Below are positions 16,031 through 25,038 of a DNA stretch of 32,000 bases, piece by piece. Within the stretch, counting starts at the first letter, position 1. Each line of letters opens with the position of its first letter. The stretch is taken from contig NC_008698.1 in NCBI RefSeq assembly GCF_000015225.1, positions 1,440,001-1,472,000 of the forward strand, read 5' to 3'. This DNA comes from Thermofilum pendens Hrk 5. GTDB lineage: Archaea; Thermoproteota; Thermoprotei; Thermofilales; Thermofilaceae. Both the position numbers and the translations under genes were made by a program. The notes under the pieces are model-generated. The model searched no databases and was not told where the DNA came from. It saw only the letters and a list, made by a program, of their open reading frames with translations.

Positions 16031-17473
16031 TTGCTACACGTGTACTTGGGGAAAATTCCGAGGCCCGGCTTCGGTATCAGGATACCCGAGGTCGTAGCCC
16101 CTCCCCTGCTGAGCGCCTTCAAGAGCCTCGGAATGACCGGGTCGCTCATGCTTTCCTTCAACAGGGAGACCGCGCCCGCCGAGTACATCGAGTCTAGCGA
16201 CCCCAGGCTCTTCTACTTCGGGCACACCGGTACGAGCATAGGGGGCTTTATACGAAGCGTGAAGGAGTACTCGAAGGCTCTCTCCGTACCCGTGGAGGTA
16301 GAGGCCGACCACGTCTCCATACTGGGCAGCGTGGAGAGAGCATTGAAGAAGATAGCCGGCGTCCCCGTGGAGGAGCCGCTGAGCGAGGAGGAAGTATCCT
16401 GGTCTATTGGGTACGTGGAGAGGGAGCTCAGGGAGGCCGCCGAGGCGGGAGGCGTGGACTTCGTCACCATAGATACGTGCGAGCTCATAGACTACTCGTA
16501 CGATAAGGTGGGCGCGGAGGAGGTGGCGGCGGCTTACGAGGAGGTTTTCGACGGGGATGAGAGGAGAGCGCTGGAGGAGAGGTACGAGGGGGTGCACTAC
16601 TTCCTTGGCGGCGACCGCGTAGTCGCCGTGAGGCTCTCTAGGGAGGACGTGGCGAGGCTCGCCGTGAAGTACAGAAGGAGCCTCGATTACGCCGAGAGGA
16701 TATACCGGGCCGCTAGGGAGGCGATGGGCGTCGAGCTAGGCTTTGAGGTCGCGTTTGACGAGACTCCCGGGGTCAGCGAGGCCAGGGAAGTCTTCTTCTA
16801 CTTGTCCGAGCTGTTGCGGCGGGGGCTAAGAGTGGACTTCATCGCCCCGAACGTGGGGTTCCGGAAGCGGGAGGACTACTCGGGGGATCTCCACGCGCTC
16901 TACGAGAGGCTGAGGAACCTCCACGCGGTGGTCTCGTCCATGAACGCCTACCTCTCGATACACTCGGGTAGCGGTAGCCACCCCTACTCGGACAAGGGCT
17001 TCGGGGTCTGGGGGGTCGTGGGGAGGGCTACGGGGGGCGCGGTGAAGTACAAGATGTCGGGCGTGCTCGTACAGCTCCTGCTCGAGGTGATGGCTTCCTA
17101 CCCGCCGGGCTCTGAGACGAGGAGGCTCTACGAGGAGATATACAGCGAGGTGGTCGAGCACCTAAGGTGGGTCGTCAAGGCGAAGGCTAGCCTCTACTCC
17201 CCCGAGCTAGAGACTTTGCTCAAGCGCTACGAGGCGGCGCAGGACAGGTTCGACCCCAGGGCTGACGTCTTTCGGCACTACTTCTACGTCTTCCAGGCCT
17301 TGAGGGACGAGGGGGGCGCCAGGAGGCTTAGGGAGAGGCTCGTGGAGCACTACCGCGAAAACCCCGGGCTACGGGAAAGGTACGAGAAAGAGCTACGGGG
17401 GCTCGTCGAGAGGCTAGCCTCCCAGCTCGGCTACGCGGGTAACGCCTACAGGTACAGGGTCGTGTACGCGTAG
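16031..17473 (+). CDS. UxaE-family sugar epimerase-like protein (tagaturonate/fructuronate epimerase family)
   Basis: The 480-aa length and the motif series VEVEADHV, FEVAFDETPGV, DYSGDL, LSIHSGSGS and KYKMSG align, from memory, with the Thermotoga UxaE motifs ADADHV, FEVSVDETE, DYKGDL, ISLHSGSDK and HVKTAG. The exact start is uncertain (TTG 16031 or GTG 16040). Confidence 0.65.
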   Translation: MLHVYLGKIPRPGFGIRIPEVVAPPLLSAFKSLGMTGSLMLSFNRETAPAEYIESSDPRLFYFGHTGTSIGGFIRSVKEYSKALSVPVEVEADHVSILGSVERALKKIAGVPVEEPLSEEEVSWSIGYVERELREAAEAGGVDFVTIDTCELIDYSYDKVGAEEVAAAYEEVFDGDERRALEERYEGVHYFLGGDRVVAVRLSREDVARLAVKYRRSLDYAERIYRAAREAMGVELGFEVAFDETPGVSEAREVFFYLSELLRRGLRVDFIAPNVGFRKREDYSGDLHALYERLRNLHAVVSSMNAYLSIHSGSGSHPYSDKGFGVWGVVGRATGGAVKYKMSGVLVQLLLEVMASYPPGSETRRLYEEIYSEVVEHLRWVVKAKASLYSPELETLLKRYEAAQDRFDPRADVFRHYFYVFQALRDEGGARRLRERLVEHYRENPGLRERYEKELRGLVERLASQLGYAGNAYRYRVVYA

Positions 17474-17485
17474 CGGGGGAGAGGC

Positions 17486-17977
17486 GTGGCGACGTTGCCC
17501 GAGGTGCTCAAAAGCGCCGTCGAGGAGATACTCCGGAGGAGGCCGGCCCTCGTCTTCCTGGGGAACTACCTGCGCGGCGACGACGCCGCAGGCCTCCTAG
17601 TAGGGGCGCGCGTAAAAGCCTCGGCCGAGTACCCCTACGTCTTCGTGTGCGAGGAGGGGCTAGAGAACTGCCTACACGAGCTTCGCCGGGCGGGCGTAAA
17701 GGTAGCGCTCATCGTGGACGCGGTCGACGCAGGGCTGGAGCCGGGAAGCATCGTGCTGTCGAGGCTCGACGCCGCCTACGAGGCTCTCCCCTCGACGCAC
17801 AAGCTACCCTTGAGGCTTGTGGCGGAGTACCTGGGGCTCGAGGAGGTCTACGTGCTCGGCATACAGGTGCAGAACCTCGAGGTATCGCAGGGAGTTTCGC
17901 GCCCAGTCGCCGAGTCTGCGCGCAGGCTGGCGGAGGCACTGCTGGAAGCCCTGGGGAGGCTAGGAGCCCAGCGCTGA
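17486..17977 (+). CDS. Hydrogenase maturation endopeptidase-like protein (peptidase A31, HycI/HybD-like)
   Basis: Motifs LVFLGNYLRGDDAAG, ALIVDAVDAGLEPG and PSTHKLPL match the three metal-ligand regions (acidic, Asp, His) of A31 proteases. It starts 12 nt after the UxaE-like stop. Confidence 0.7.
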   Translation: MATLPEVLKSAVEEILRRRPALVFLGNYLRGDDAAGLLVGARVKASAEYPYVFVCEEGLENCLHELRRAGVKVALIVDAVDAGLEPGSIVLSRLDAAYEALPSTHKLPLRLVAEYLGLEEVYVLGIQVQNLEVSQGVSRPVAESARRLAEALLEALGRLGAQR

Positions 17978-18838
17978 CCGCAACGCTTCCAGGGGGATCT
18001 GCCTGAAGGCAAGGTACTCTTCGAGGCTTGGAAGAGCCTTCTCTAACGCACCAGGCTTAACCTTCAGCCCGAGCTCCCTCTCCGCGAAGCAGGCTAGCCA
18101 GCGCTCCGCGGGAACCCCCGTCGGGTAGTACACGGTGTACTTCCCGATTCTAACCCTCTGGACGTAGCCTAGGCGCTCGAGTATGGAGAGGTGCCACTGA
18201 ACCTCCCCGAAGCTTACGCCCGTCTCCCTGGAGATCCTGCGCATACTCGCCCCGGGGTTCTGCTTCAGGTACTCCAGTATCCTCACCCTTTTCTCGCTCC
18301 TCAGCACGTCCTCGCGCTTCGCCACGTAGTAGGCTACCGGCGCTGAGAGAGCTGCGAACAGCTTCTGCCTGCCGCTCTCGGTTAGCGTGAGGTAAGAGGT
18401 AGCGGCGACCGCCGCCACGGCAACCGCTACCTCGGCTACGGGCGGGGATGCGGCGCGGGGAGGCTCCACCACTACCAGGGACACTGTATCCTCGACGTAG
18501 CCGAGCCCCCTATTGTCGAAGGTGTAGGTCAGGCACGCGTAGTCCCCGCCGCCCCGAACCTCCACCACGCCGAGAGAGGCCTTCGCGGAGGCTATCCCGG
18601 CGTTGTAGACGCACGCAATGGTCTCTTCGGACAGCTTCGAGAGGGGCGGAACCCTCACCGAGAGCACGTAGAGGTGCGTCCCGTTGCTCGAAGACGAGCT
18701 CTTAAGGGTAGCCGACCCGCTTAGGACGACGAGCGCGGGCGGCTGGGCCTCCGAGCGGTAAAGCCCGGCGACGTAGAGAGAGCTGAGCAGTAGCAGCAAC
18801 GCCAGGAAAGCTCTTTTCTCCATGGTCCTGCTCTTCAC
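17960..18838 (-). CDS. Bitopic membrane protein with an extracytoplasmic N-terminal domain and a cytoplasmic C-terminal wHTH
   Basis: Signal/TM segment (AFLALLLLLSSLYVAGL), an exported domain of about 110 aa, a second TM (VAEVAVAVAAVAATSYLTL), then the wHTH RILEYLKQNPGASMRRISRETGVSFGEVQWHLSILERLGYVQR. Confidence 0.65.
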   Translation of the reverse strand: MKSRTMEKRAFLALLLLLSSLYVAGLYRSEAQPPALVVLSGSATLKSSSSSNGTHLYVLSVRVPPLSKLSEETIACVYNAGIASAKASLGVVEVRGGGDYACLTYTFDNRGLGYVEDTVSLVVVEPPRAASPPVAEVAVAVAAVAATSYLTLTESGRQKLFAALSAPVAYYVAKREDVLRSEKRVRILEYLKQNPGASMRRISRETGVSFGEVQWHLSILERLGYVQRVRIGKYTVYYPTGVPAERWLACFAERELGLKVKPGALEKALPSLEEYLAFRQIPLEALRSALGS

Positions 18839-18867
18839 GACTCATCCCGGCGTAAATAAAGCTAGCG

Positions 18868-19230
18868 CTATACGAGGAATATCGTGGGCGAACCAGTGGC
18901 TTTGGCGACGGCTACGAGCAGTATCACGAGGATCCAGGGTATCGATGCCGCCGCGTAGACCCTGAGGTCTGTCACCGCCTTGTACATGGCGTAGAGGACG
19001 GCGGTCAGGGAGGCTAGCAACGTGTAGAGGTAGACGTGGAAGAGGAACTTCGACGCGAAGTACGGGAAGAAGGGCACCAAATACGCAATCATGAAGCCAT
19101 CTATGAACGCGAGGACTATCCCCGCCGCGAAGGCGCTCCACTCGTCCTCGCTCGAGGGCTTCCCTTTCGCGAGCCTCAGCACCGCGGACGTGAGAACGGC
19201 TACTAGGCCCGAGAGCGTCGGCACCAGCAT
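18868..19230 (-). CDS. Hypothetical integral membrane protein (about 4 TM)
   Basis: Hydrophobic helices run throughout. I prefer ATG 19230 because the track start 19269 lies inside a TATA-like CTTAAATATT (minus strand, about 19257-19266). It ends 29 nt upstream of the membrane wHTH gene. Confidence 0.5.
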   Translation of the reverse strand: MLVPTLSGLVAVLTSAVLRLAKGKPSSEDEWSAFAAGIVLAFIDGFMIAYLVPFFPYFASKFLFHVYLYTLLASLTAVLYAMYKAVTDLRVYAAASIPWILVILLVAVAKATGSPTIFLV

Positions 19231-19315
19231 ACGTGCTCGCAGAAAAGCCGAAAAACAATATTTAAGCATTTTAGTTCGTTCTCCGGGCTAAACGGTACCC
19301 GCGGCTCTCGGCGTG

Positions 19316-20698
19316 CTAGCTGTAGTGCCTCTTCATCTCCTCGTTCCCGGGTAGCGATAGTATCTCCTCCCAAACCTTCTCTGCCTGCTCCTCGCTCCTC
19401 GTCCTCGGGTCCAGCATGAGCCAGTCTATAAGGAACTGCCTCCCGCCCTCCAGGAAGGCGGCTATCGCCATCTCCGCGCGGAGCAGCCTGGGCTGCATGA
19501 CGAGCGAGAGTATCTTCCTCGGTAGCCTCAGCCCGGTCTTCGGGTGTATACCGCGGGCGTCCACCCTGGCCGGCACCTCGACTGCCACGTTGCTGGGTAT
19601 GCCTTCTATCGCGTTGCCGTTGAGCACGTTGACCTGGTACTCGCCCGGCTTGTCGAGCATGAGGCTCTCGATTAGCGGGACGACACTCTCCTCGGTCCTG
19701 GTCTGCGGGAAGAGGGAGGAGACCGGTATCCTCGGGTCGGAGGCCGCCTGGGCCAGCGTTGCCAGCCAGTACTCCTGGTGCGCGGTGTAGAGAGCCCAGC
19801 CTATCTCGCTGTCGGGGCCGCCCGTAGGGCCGTACCAGTACTGCTTCGTCTTGAGGCTCGAGTGGTACTTCCAGGTACCTCCTCTGACGGTGTCGCCTAC
19901 CGGGAAGAGCCCGTAGCGCCTGTACATGTCGACAGCCGCAGGGGACATCTGTATGTCGAAGGGGTTTACCTGCCTCATCCTCCACTGCGACCAGTACTGC
20001 TCCGCCTTCTCCTCTACCCACCTGTCTATGAGCGGGTACGCGTCCTCCCCGTCGTAGGTGAACTTCGTCAGCCATATCACGTGGTTGAAGCCTATAGCCT
20101 CGAAGCCCACCCTCGCCGGGTCGAGCCCTATCGTCTGCGCTATCTCCTTGTAGCCCAGGTGCCCGTGGCACAGCCCTACGACCTTGACCCTCGTCTCCCG
20201 CGAAATCAGTGTTGTAAGCTCGAAGACGGGGTTCGCCATCTGGATCAGCCAGGCGCCCGGCGCCAGCTCCTCGACGTCCCTCGCTATGTCCATCGCGAGC
20301 TTCCACTGGTAGTAGCCCCATATCGTGTGGTAGTCGCTCACCATGTTCCACTCAACGCTGTTCACGCCCCGGTAGTAGCCGTGCTTCTCGCTAACCTCGC
20401 GCATAAGCTCGTAGTACCTGTGCCCACCGTACATCGCCGTGTTTATCACGACGTCCGAGTCCCTCACAGCCTCCTTCCTGTCCGTCGTGTAGAAGAAGTT
20501 GTACTCCGCCCCGACCTCCGACTTGTACTTCTCCGCGAGACCCCTGAGGATGCGTAGCCTCTCCTCGTTTATATCCATGAAGTACACGTCGCTACCGTAC
20601 AGGGAGGGCGTGTGCAGGAGGTCGTGTACGAGCTTAGAGCTCCACGCAACGCTACCTGCGCCTATAACGCTTATTTTTATTTTCGGCACGCGCGACAC
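19316..20698 (-). CDS. Glycoside hydrolase family 4 (NAD+/Mn2+-dependent alpha-glucosidase/alpha-galactosidase-like)
   Basis: N-terminal Rossmann motif KISVIGAGSVAWS, the GLCHGH motif (Cys/His metal site) and a 460-aa length are typical of GH4. Confidence 0.85.
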   Translation of the reverse strand: MSRVPKIKISVIGAGSVAWSSKLVHDLLHTPSLYGSDVYFMDINEERLRILRGLAEKYKSEVGAEYNFFYTTDRKEAVRDSDVVINTAMYGGHRYYELMREVSEKHGYYRGVNSVEWNMVSDYHTIWGYYQWKLAMDIARDVEELAPGAWLIQMANPVFELTTLISRETRVKVVGLCHGHLGYKEIAQTIGLDPARVGFEAIGFNHVIWLTKFTYDGEDAYPLIDRWVEEKAEQYWSQWRMRQVNPFDIQMSPAAVDMYRRYGLFPVGDTVRGGTWKYHSSLKTKQYWYGPTGGPDSEIGWALYTAHQEYWLATLAQAASDPRIPVSSLFPQTRTEESVVPLIESLMLDKPGEYQVNVLNGNAIEGIPSNVAVEVPARVDARGIHPKTGLRLPRKILSLVMQPRLLRAEMAIAAFLEGGRQFLIDWLMLDPRTRSEEQAEKVWEEILSLPGNEEMKRHYS

Positions 20699-20818
20699 AG
20701 AGCCCTCGACTCTTAAAAGCTTTTTTAGCTAACGAGATTTACTCTGCGCACAAACCAGCGAGAGGAGCCCGCCGAGGCGGCGGAAACTCGCGGCCGCGGT
20801 GCAGGCGTAGCCGGGGGC

Positions 20819-21205
20819 TTACTCGCGCTCAATGGAGCTACGAAGGGCTAGCGCCGTCTCAACGAGCTCCCTGAGCCTTCTCGCGTGCAATTTCTCCTCG
20901 GGGGTAGCGGGGCTCTCCTCCACAGCCCTGAAGACCTCGATTAACACCCTGTAGAGCTGCTCGTCGAAGGGTATACGGGACCTAGGCTTGACCACGAGGT
21001 ACTCGTGGACCTTCCACGCAATGTCGGGCGGCACTCGCTGTATAGCCCTCCCGAGGACGCCGGAGAGGAAGAAGGAGTAGCTCGCCCTGTATACCCACGT
21101 GCCAACGGACTCCTCCGCCTCCCTCACGCACTGCTCCCTGAGCCTCGTCTCCGAGCAGGCGTCGACGTAGTCCTTGACGGACTTGACGGACCACTGTACG
21201 GCCAT
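20819..21205 (-). CDS. Hypothetical protein
   Basis: A 128-aa ORF with balanced, helical-looking composition. No family recognised. Confidence 0.4.
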   Translation of the reverse strand: MAVQWSVKSVKDYVDACSETRLREQCVREAEESVGTWVYRASYSFFLSGVLGRAIQRVPPDIAWKVHEYLVVKPRSRIPFDEQLYRVLIEVFRAVEESPATPEEKLHARRLRELVETALALRSSIERE

Positions 21206-21611
21206 TACATGCTGTTTGCGTCGAGGACTCTAATAAGCCTGTCATCGACCATTAAAAGTTTCTTCAAAGCATAGGAGTGACTTAAAGTAGGCGCAACGCA
21301 TCGAGCTATGCTACCCGAATAAACCTAGCATCGCGCTGCCGGCCAGGGAGTGCGATGAAGTACGCCGACCGGCACTCGAAAGACTGCAACGTACTCATAG
21401 CGTTCATAGAGGAAGATTGAGGGGCAACGCCGCAGAGCCATCCTGCAGGACCAAGCGTAGAACGCCTCTTGGAACGCCTGAGGCAAGCACTGGCAAAGCG
21501 CTCAGAAAGCTGGGCAAGAAACCGAAGAATAAGGTGCCCGGCCTCTCCTCCGCTATGAACGTAGTGCTAGTGTCGCGAGCTTTTTAAGCGCGTGTTTCGC
21601 ATGGCACTACC

Positions 21612-22883
21612 GTGGCGGGGGAGAAGGGCTTTAGGCGCTCGCTGACGCTACTAGACGCGGTTTCCGTAGGGCTAGGCGCGATAATAGGGGCCGGTATATT
21701 CGTGCTGATAGGCATAGCGGCAGGGCTAGCGGGCCCCGCCGTGGTCTTAGCAGTCCTCGTATCCGGGCTGAGCGCGTCGCTGACCGCGCTTAGCTTCGCG
21801 GAGCTTGGCTCGGCCCTCCCGAGGGCGGGCGGGGTCTACGAGTACGGGCACACGTTGCTCCACCCGGCGGTGGGCTTCCTCATGGGGTGGATGTGGGTAG
21901 CCGGCAACATAGTGCTGGGGGCTACCGCGAGCCAGGGGTTCGGGTACTACCTTTCGGCACTGGTTCCCAGCGTTAACCCGCGGGTCGCCGCGCTCGCGCT
22001 GGTCGTGCTCGTAACGTTGCTCAACGCGCTCGGCGCGAAGCTGTCAGCGGTCGTTAACGACGTGTTCGTAGCGGTGAAGGTTTCCGTGCTACTACTCCTG
22101 GTAGCCGCGGGGGCGGCGCTCGTGAAGCCCGAGAACTTCCAGCCGTTCGCGCCGAAGGGGCTTCTCCCGGTGATGGAGGCCTCCGCCCTCTTCTACTTCG
22201 CCTACATAGGGTTCCCGCGCATATCGACGCTCGCCGAGGAGGTTAAAGACCCCGAGAAGAACATACCGAGAGCCATACTGCTAGCCCTCGCGGTATCCGC
22301 CGCGCTCTACGCGCTCGTAGCGGTGGTCGCGGTGGGGGTCGCCGGGTACGAGGCTTTAGCCTCCAGCAATGCCCCCCTCGAAGAGGTAGCGCGCAGGGTC
22401 GGCGTGGGGTGGGTGGTCGGCGTGGGAGGGCTCGTCGCGACGTTCAGCGTCGTGCTGACGTCCGTCATGGGGCAGTCCAGGGTTTTCTACGCGATGGCGA
22501 GGAACAGGGAGATCCCAGACAAGATAGCCGAGATAAACGAGAAGCTCGGGACGCCGGTTTACTCAGTGCTACTCTCCGGGACCGTGATGCTAGTACTCGT
22601 AGCCCTCTTCGACATCTCCCGGCTGGCGATGGTTACAAGCTTCCTGGTGCTCGTCTCCCACGTACTCACGAACGTGGCGGACGTGAAGCTCTACCTGGAC
22701 GGGGTAGACCCGCCCTTCAGGTCGCCCCTAAGGCCCTGGCACGCGGTTGCCGGCGCCTTCACGAGCCTTCTGCTCAGCCTGAGCGTCGAGAAGACTGCGC
22801 TCGCTATGGGGCTAGCCGTGATAGCAGCGGGGGCTCTGTGGTTCTTCGCGTACACCCGCGCGCAACACGGCGGTAATGCTTAA
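21612..22883 (+). CDS. APC-superfamily amino acid permease
   Basis: 12-TM-like profile. The N-terminal LTLLDAVSVGLGAIIGAGIFVLIG and FAELGSALPRAGGVYEY motifs are typical of APC transporters. Confidence 0.85.
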   Translation: MAGEKGFRRSLTLLDAVSVGLGAIIGAGIFVLIGIAAGLAGPAVVLAVLVSGLSASLTALSFAELGSALPRAGGVYEYGHTLLHPAVGFLMGWMWVAGNIVLGATASQGFGYYLSALVPSVNPRVAALALVVLVTLLNALGAKLSAVVNDVFVAVKVSVLLLLVAAGAALVKPENFQPFAPKGLLPVMEASALFYFAYIGFPRISTLAEEVKDPEKNIPRAILLALAVSAALYALVAVVAVGVAGYEALASSNAPLEEVARRVGVGWVVGVGGLVATFSVVLTSVMGQSRVFYAMARNREIPDKIAEINEKLGTPVYSVLLSGTVMLVLVALFDISRLAMVTSFLVLVSHVLTNVADVKLYLDGVDPPFRSPLRPWHAVAGAFTSLLLSLSVEKTALAMGLAVIAAGALWFFAYTRAQHGGNA

Positions 22884-22907
22884 ATACTCGGGAGAACACT
22901 TTTCTCC

Positions 22908-23669
22908 GTGTCCGAGAAGGCTGGTTTCTACGTGGACGGCATGCGGTTGCTGAAAGGCTACTCTGAAGCCATGCTCGCCTCGCAACTGGTAAACCTCGTG
23001 GCCCTGCTCGTCTTCGCCCTCCTATTGCCCGGCTTCCTCCCATCCGTACCGGAGCTGTGGGCAGGCAAGGAGGCGCTCCGCCTAGGCGCAGCGTTGGCAC
23101 GCCACCTGCTACTCTTGCTACTGGTGCTCATCCTCTTCATCGCTGGCGGGGTGCTGTGGCTCTTCGCTGTCTTCGCGCGCCTGATACCGGCGGCCGACAG
23201 GCTGGCTAAGTGGAGGGAGGCTCTGGGCGGCTCCTCGAAGATGATCAAGTACGGCTACTGGGCGAGCCTCGCGCTCGCAGTGCTCGCCGTAGTCGCTCTC
23301 GTGGCATTCGCGCTACCGGCTATGCCCGCGCTCGCCGGGCGCTACCCACCCGTTGGCCCCGAAGCTATGCTGGCCGTAATGACCGGCTTCATCGTTGTGC
23401 TACTACTGGTAGTCCTTGCGGCCATCGCGTCTTTCGTGGCGCGGATAGGCGAAATACTGATGCTCTTCGAGCTCTCCTCGGCGACCGGGCTGGACAGCTT
23501 CAAGACGGCGGCTATACTCGAGGTAGTACAGATACTGCTCTCGTTCCTATCCGCAGTCCCCCACGCCCTCGCCGTAGCAGGCTTGCTCTCAGTAGCGCTG
23601 TTCATCGCCGCCCTCGTGCTCATAAGGGAGGGTTCCGCCAAGGCGCTTGCCCAACCACCGGCCGCCTAG
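22908..23669 (+). CDS. Hypothetical polytopic membrane protein
   Basis: Six or more hydrophobic helices. No family recognised. Confidence 0.45.
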   Translation: MSEKAGFYVDGMRLLKGYSEAMLASQLVNLVALLVFALLLPGFLPSVPELWAGKEALRLGAALARHLLLLLLVLILFIAGGVLWLFAVFARLIPAADRLAKWREALGGSSKMIKYGYWASLALAVLAVVALVAFALPAMPALAGRYPPVGPEAMLAVMTGFIVVLLLVVLAAIASFVARIGEILMLFELSSATGLDSFKTAAILEVVQILLSFLSAVPHALAVAGLLSVALFIAALVLIREGSAKALAQPPAA

Positions 23670-23941
23670 GGCTCCTTGCGTAGACGTACGTATATCTTCG
23701 CGCCGCCCCTAGCGGTGCACACAGCCCTCAGGGGGCAGGAGGCGCACGCCGACTCACTACAGGCCAGCCCCTCCTCCGAGAGGATGCCGGCGTCGCGGAG
23801 CATCAGCAGGATGAGCTTCACCCTGCCCTCCGGGATACCCGTCTCGGCGCTAAGCCTCCCGACGTCCACCACGCCTATCCTCCTGGCTACCTCGAGAACC
23901 CTCGCGGCGTCCCTAGCGAAGTCGGCCCGATCCATCCGCAC
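23666..23941 (-). CDS. Small wHTH protein with a C-terminal Cys cluster (FeoC-like)
   Basis: wHTH-like VVDVGRLSAETGIPEGRVKLILLMLRDAGILS is followed by CSESACASCPLRAVC (Cx4Cx2Cx5C). It is divergent from the Zn-ADH gene. Confidence 0.5.
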   Translation of the reverse strand: MRMDRADFARDAARVLEVARRIGVVDVGRLSAETGIPEGRVKLILLMLRDAGILSEEGLACSESACASCPLRAVCTARGGAKIYVRLRKEP

Positions 23942-23998
23942 CCACTTCTCTAACCGCGCGCACTAAGATTTATTTTGATCTACCGAGCGTAGACGTGC

Positions 23999-24985
23999 GT
24001 GAAGGCCGCGTTACTCTACGGTCCGGGAGACCTGAGGGTCGAGGACGTACCGCTCCCAGAGAAGCCGGAGGGATGGGCACTCGTAAAGACCCTCGCGGTC
24101 GGTATCTGCGGGACGGACAAGGCGTTCTACAAAGGCACGTACCCGCTCTTCAAGAAGCCCCTCATCCCCGGGCACGAGGTCTCGGGGGTCGTCGTGGAGG
24201 GGCCGGAGGAACTCGTGGGCAGGCTCGTGGTCTCCGAGATCAATTTCCCGTGCTGGAGGTGCGAGTACTGCAGGTCGGGCCTCTACACTCACTGCCCCTA
24301 CAAGAAGACTCTCGGCATAGACTTCGATGGGGGCCTCGCCGAGTACTTCGTCGCCCCTGCAACCGCGCTTCACGCCGCCGAGGGCTTAGACCCCGTAGTC
24401 GCCACCGAGGTCGAGCCCCTAGCGGCCTTGCTCAACGCGCTGAGGCTCAAGCCGCCCGCCCCGGGCGACAGCGTAGCCGTGGTGGGAACCGGGAACCTCG
24501 CCGTGATGCTCGTCCAGGTGCTCAAGGACGCGGGCTTCAGGCCCGTCGTCGTCTCGCGGGCTGGTAGCTCCAAGGCAGAGATACTCAGGAGCCTAGACGT
24601 TGAGGTGGTGACGGCAGAGCAGGCGTCCAGGCTGGGCGGCGAGTCCGGGGACGGCGTCGGGTTCGACGTGGTGTTCGAGGTCTCCGGGGACCCCTCAGCG
24701 CTTAACCTCGCGGTCGACCTCGTAAAGCCGAGGGGCACTGTTCACTTAAAGTCGACGCCCGGCAACCCTGGGAGCGTTAACCTCACCAAGGCCGTAGTCA
24801 AGGAGGTCGCCGTCATCGGCTCCAGGTGCGGTACCTTCAGGGAGTTCCGCGAAGCCATAAGGCTGTTGAGAGAGGGGAGGGTGAGGCCCGTGATTACCAG
24901 CGTCTACGGCGGGTTGGAGAAGGCGAGGGAAGCCTTCGAGAGGTCGTTCAGGCCCGGAGAGGTAAAGGTCGTAGTCAAGCCATAG
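23999..24985 (+). CDS. Zinc-dependent medium-chain alcohol/polyol dehydrogenase
   Basis: Motifs GICGTD, GHEVSGVV, the structural-zinc Cys cluster CWRCEYCRSGLYTHC and the Rossmann motif VVGTGNLAVM. Confidence 0.85.
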   Translation: MKAALLYGPGDLRVEDVPLPEKPEGWALVKTLAVGICGTDKAFYKGTYPLFKKPLIPGHEVSGVVVEGPEELVGRLVVSEINFPCWRCEYCRSGLYTHCPYKKTLGIDFDGGLAEYFVAPATALHAAEGLDPVVATEVEPLAALLNALRLKPPAPGDSVAVVGTGNLAVMLVQVLKDAGFRPVVVSRAGSSKAEILRSLDVEVVTAEQASRLGGESGDGVGFDVVFEVSGDPSALNLAVDLVKPRGTVHLKSTPGNPGSVNLTKAVVKEVAVIGSRCGTFREFREAIRLLREGRVRPVITSVYGGLEKAREAFERSFRPGEVKVVVKP

Positions 24986-25038
24986 CTCTTTACCCAGCCC
25001 CAAAGCTATTAATATTCGATACAGCCTCTTGATCCTTG

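Noticed and set aside
16034-16597. 187-aa minus-strand ORF antisense to the 5' part of the UxaE-like gene
   Set aside because: It has no motifs and shows off-frame composition. The plus-strand frame carries the conserved epimerase motifs.
19203-20351. 382-aa minus-strand ORF in an alternative frame of the GH4 gene, and the 259-aa antisense ORF at 19778-20557
   Set aside because: Both overlap the well-supported GH4 CDS. Both products are extremely Arg/Gly/Pro-rich with no recognisable motifs, so they are high-GC frame artefacts.
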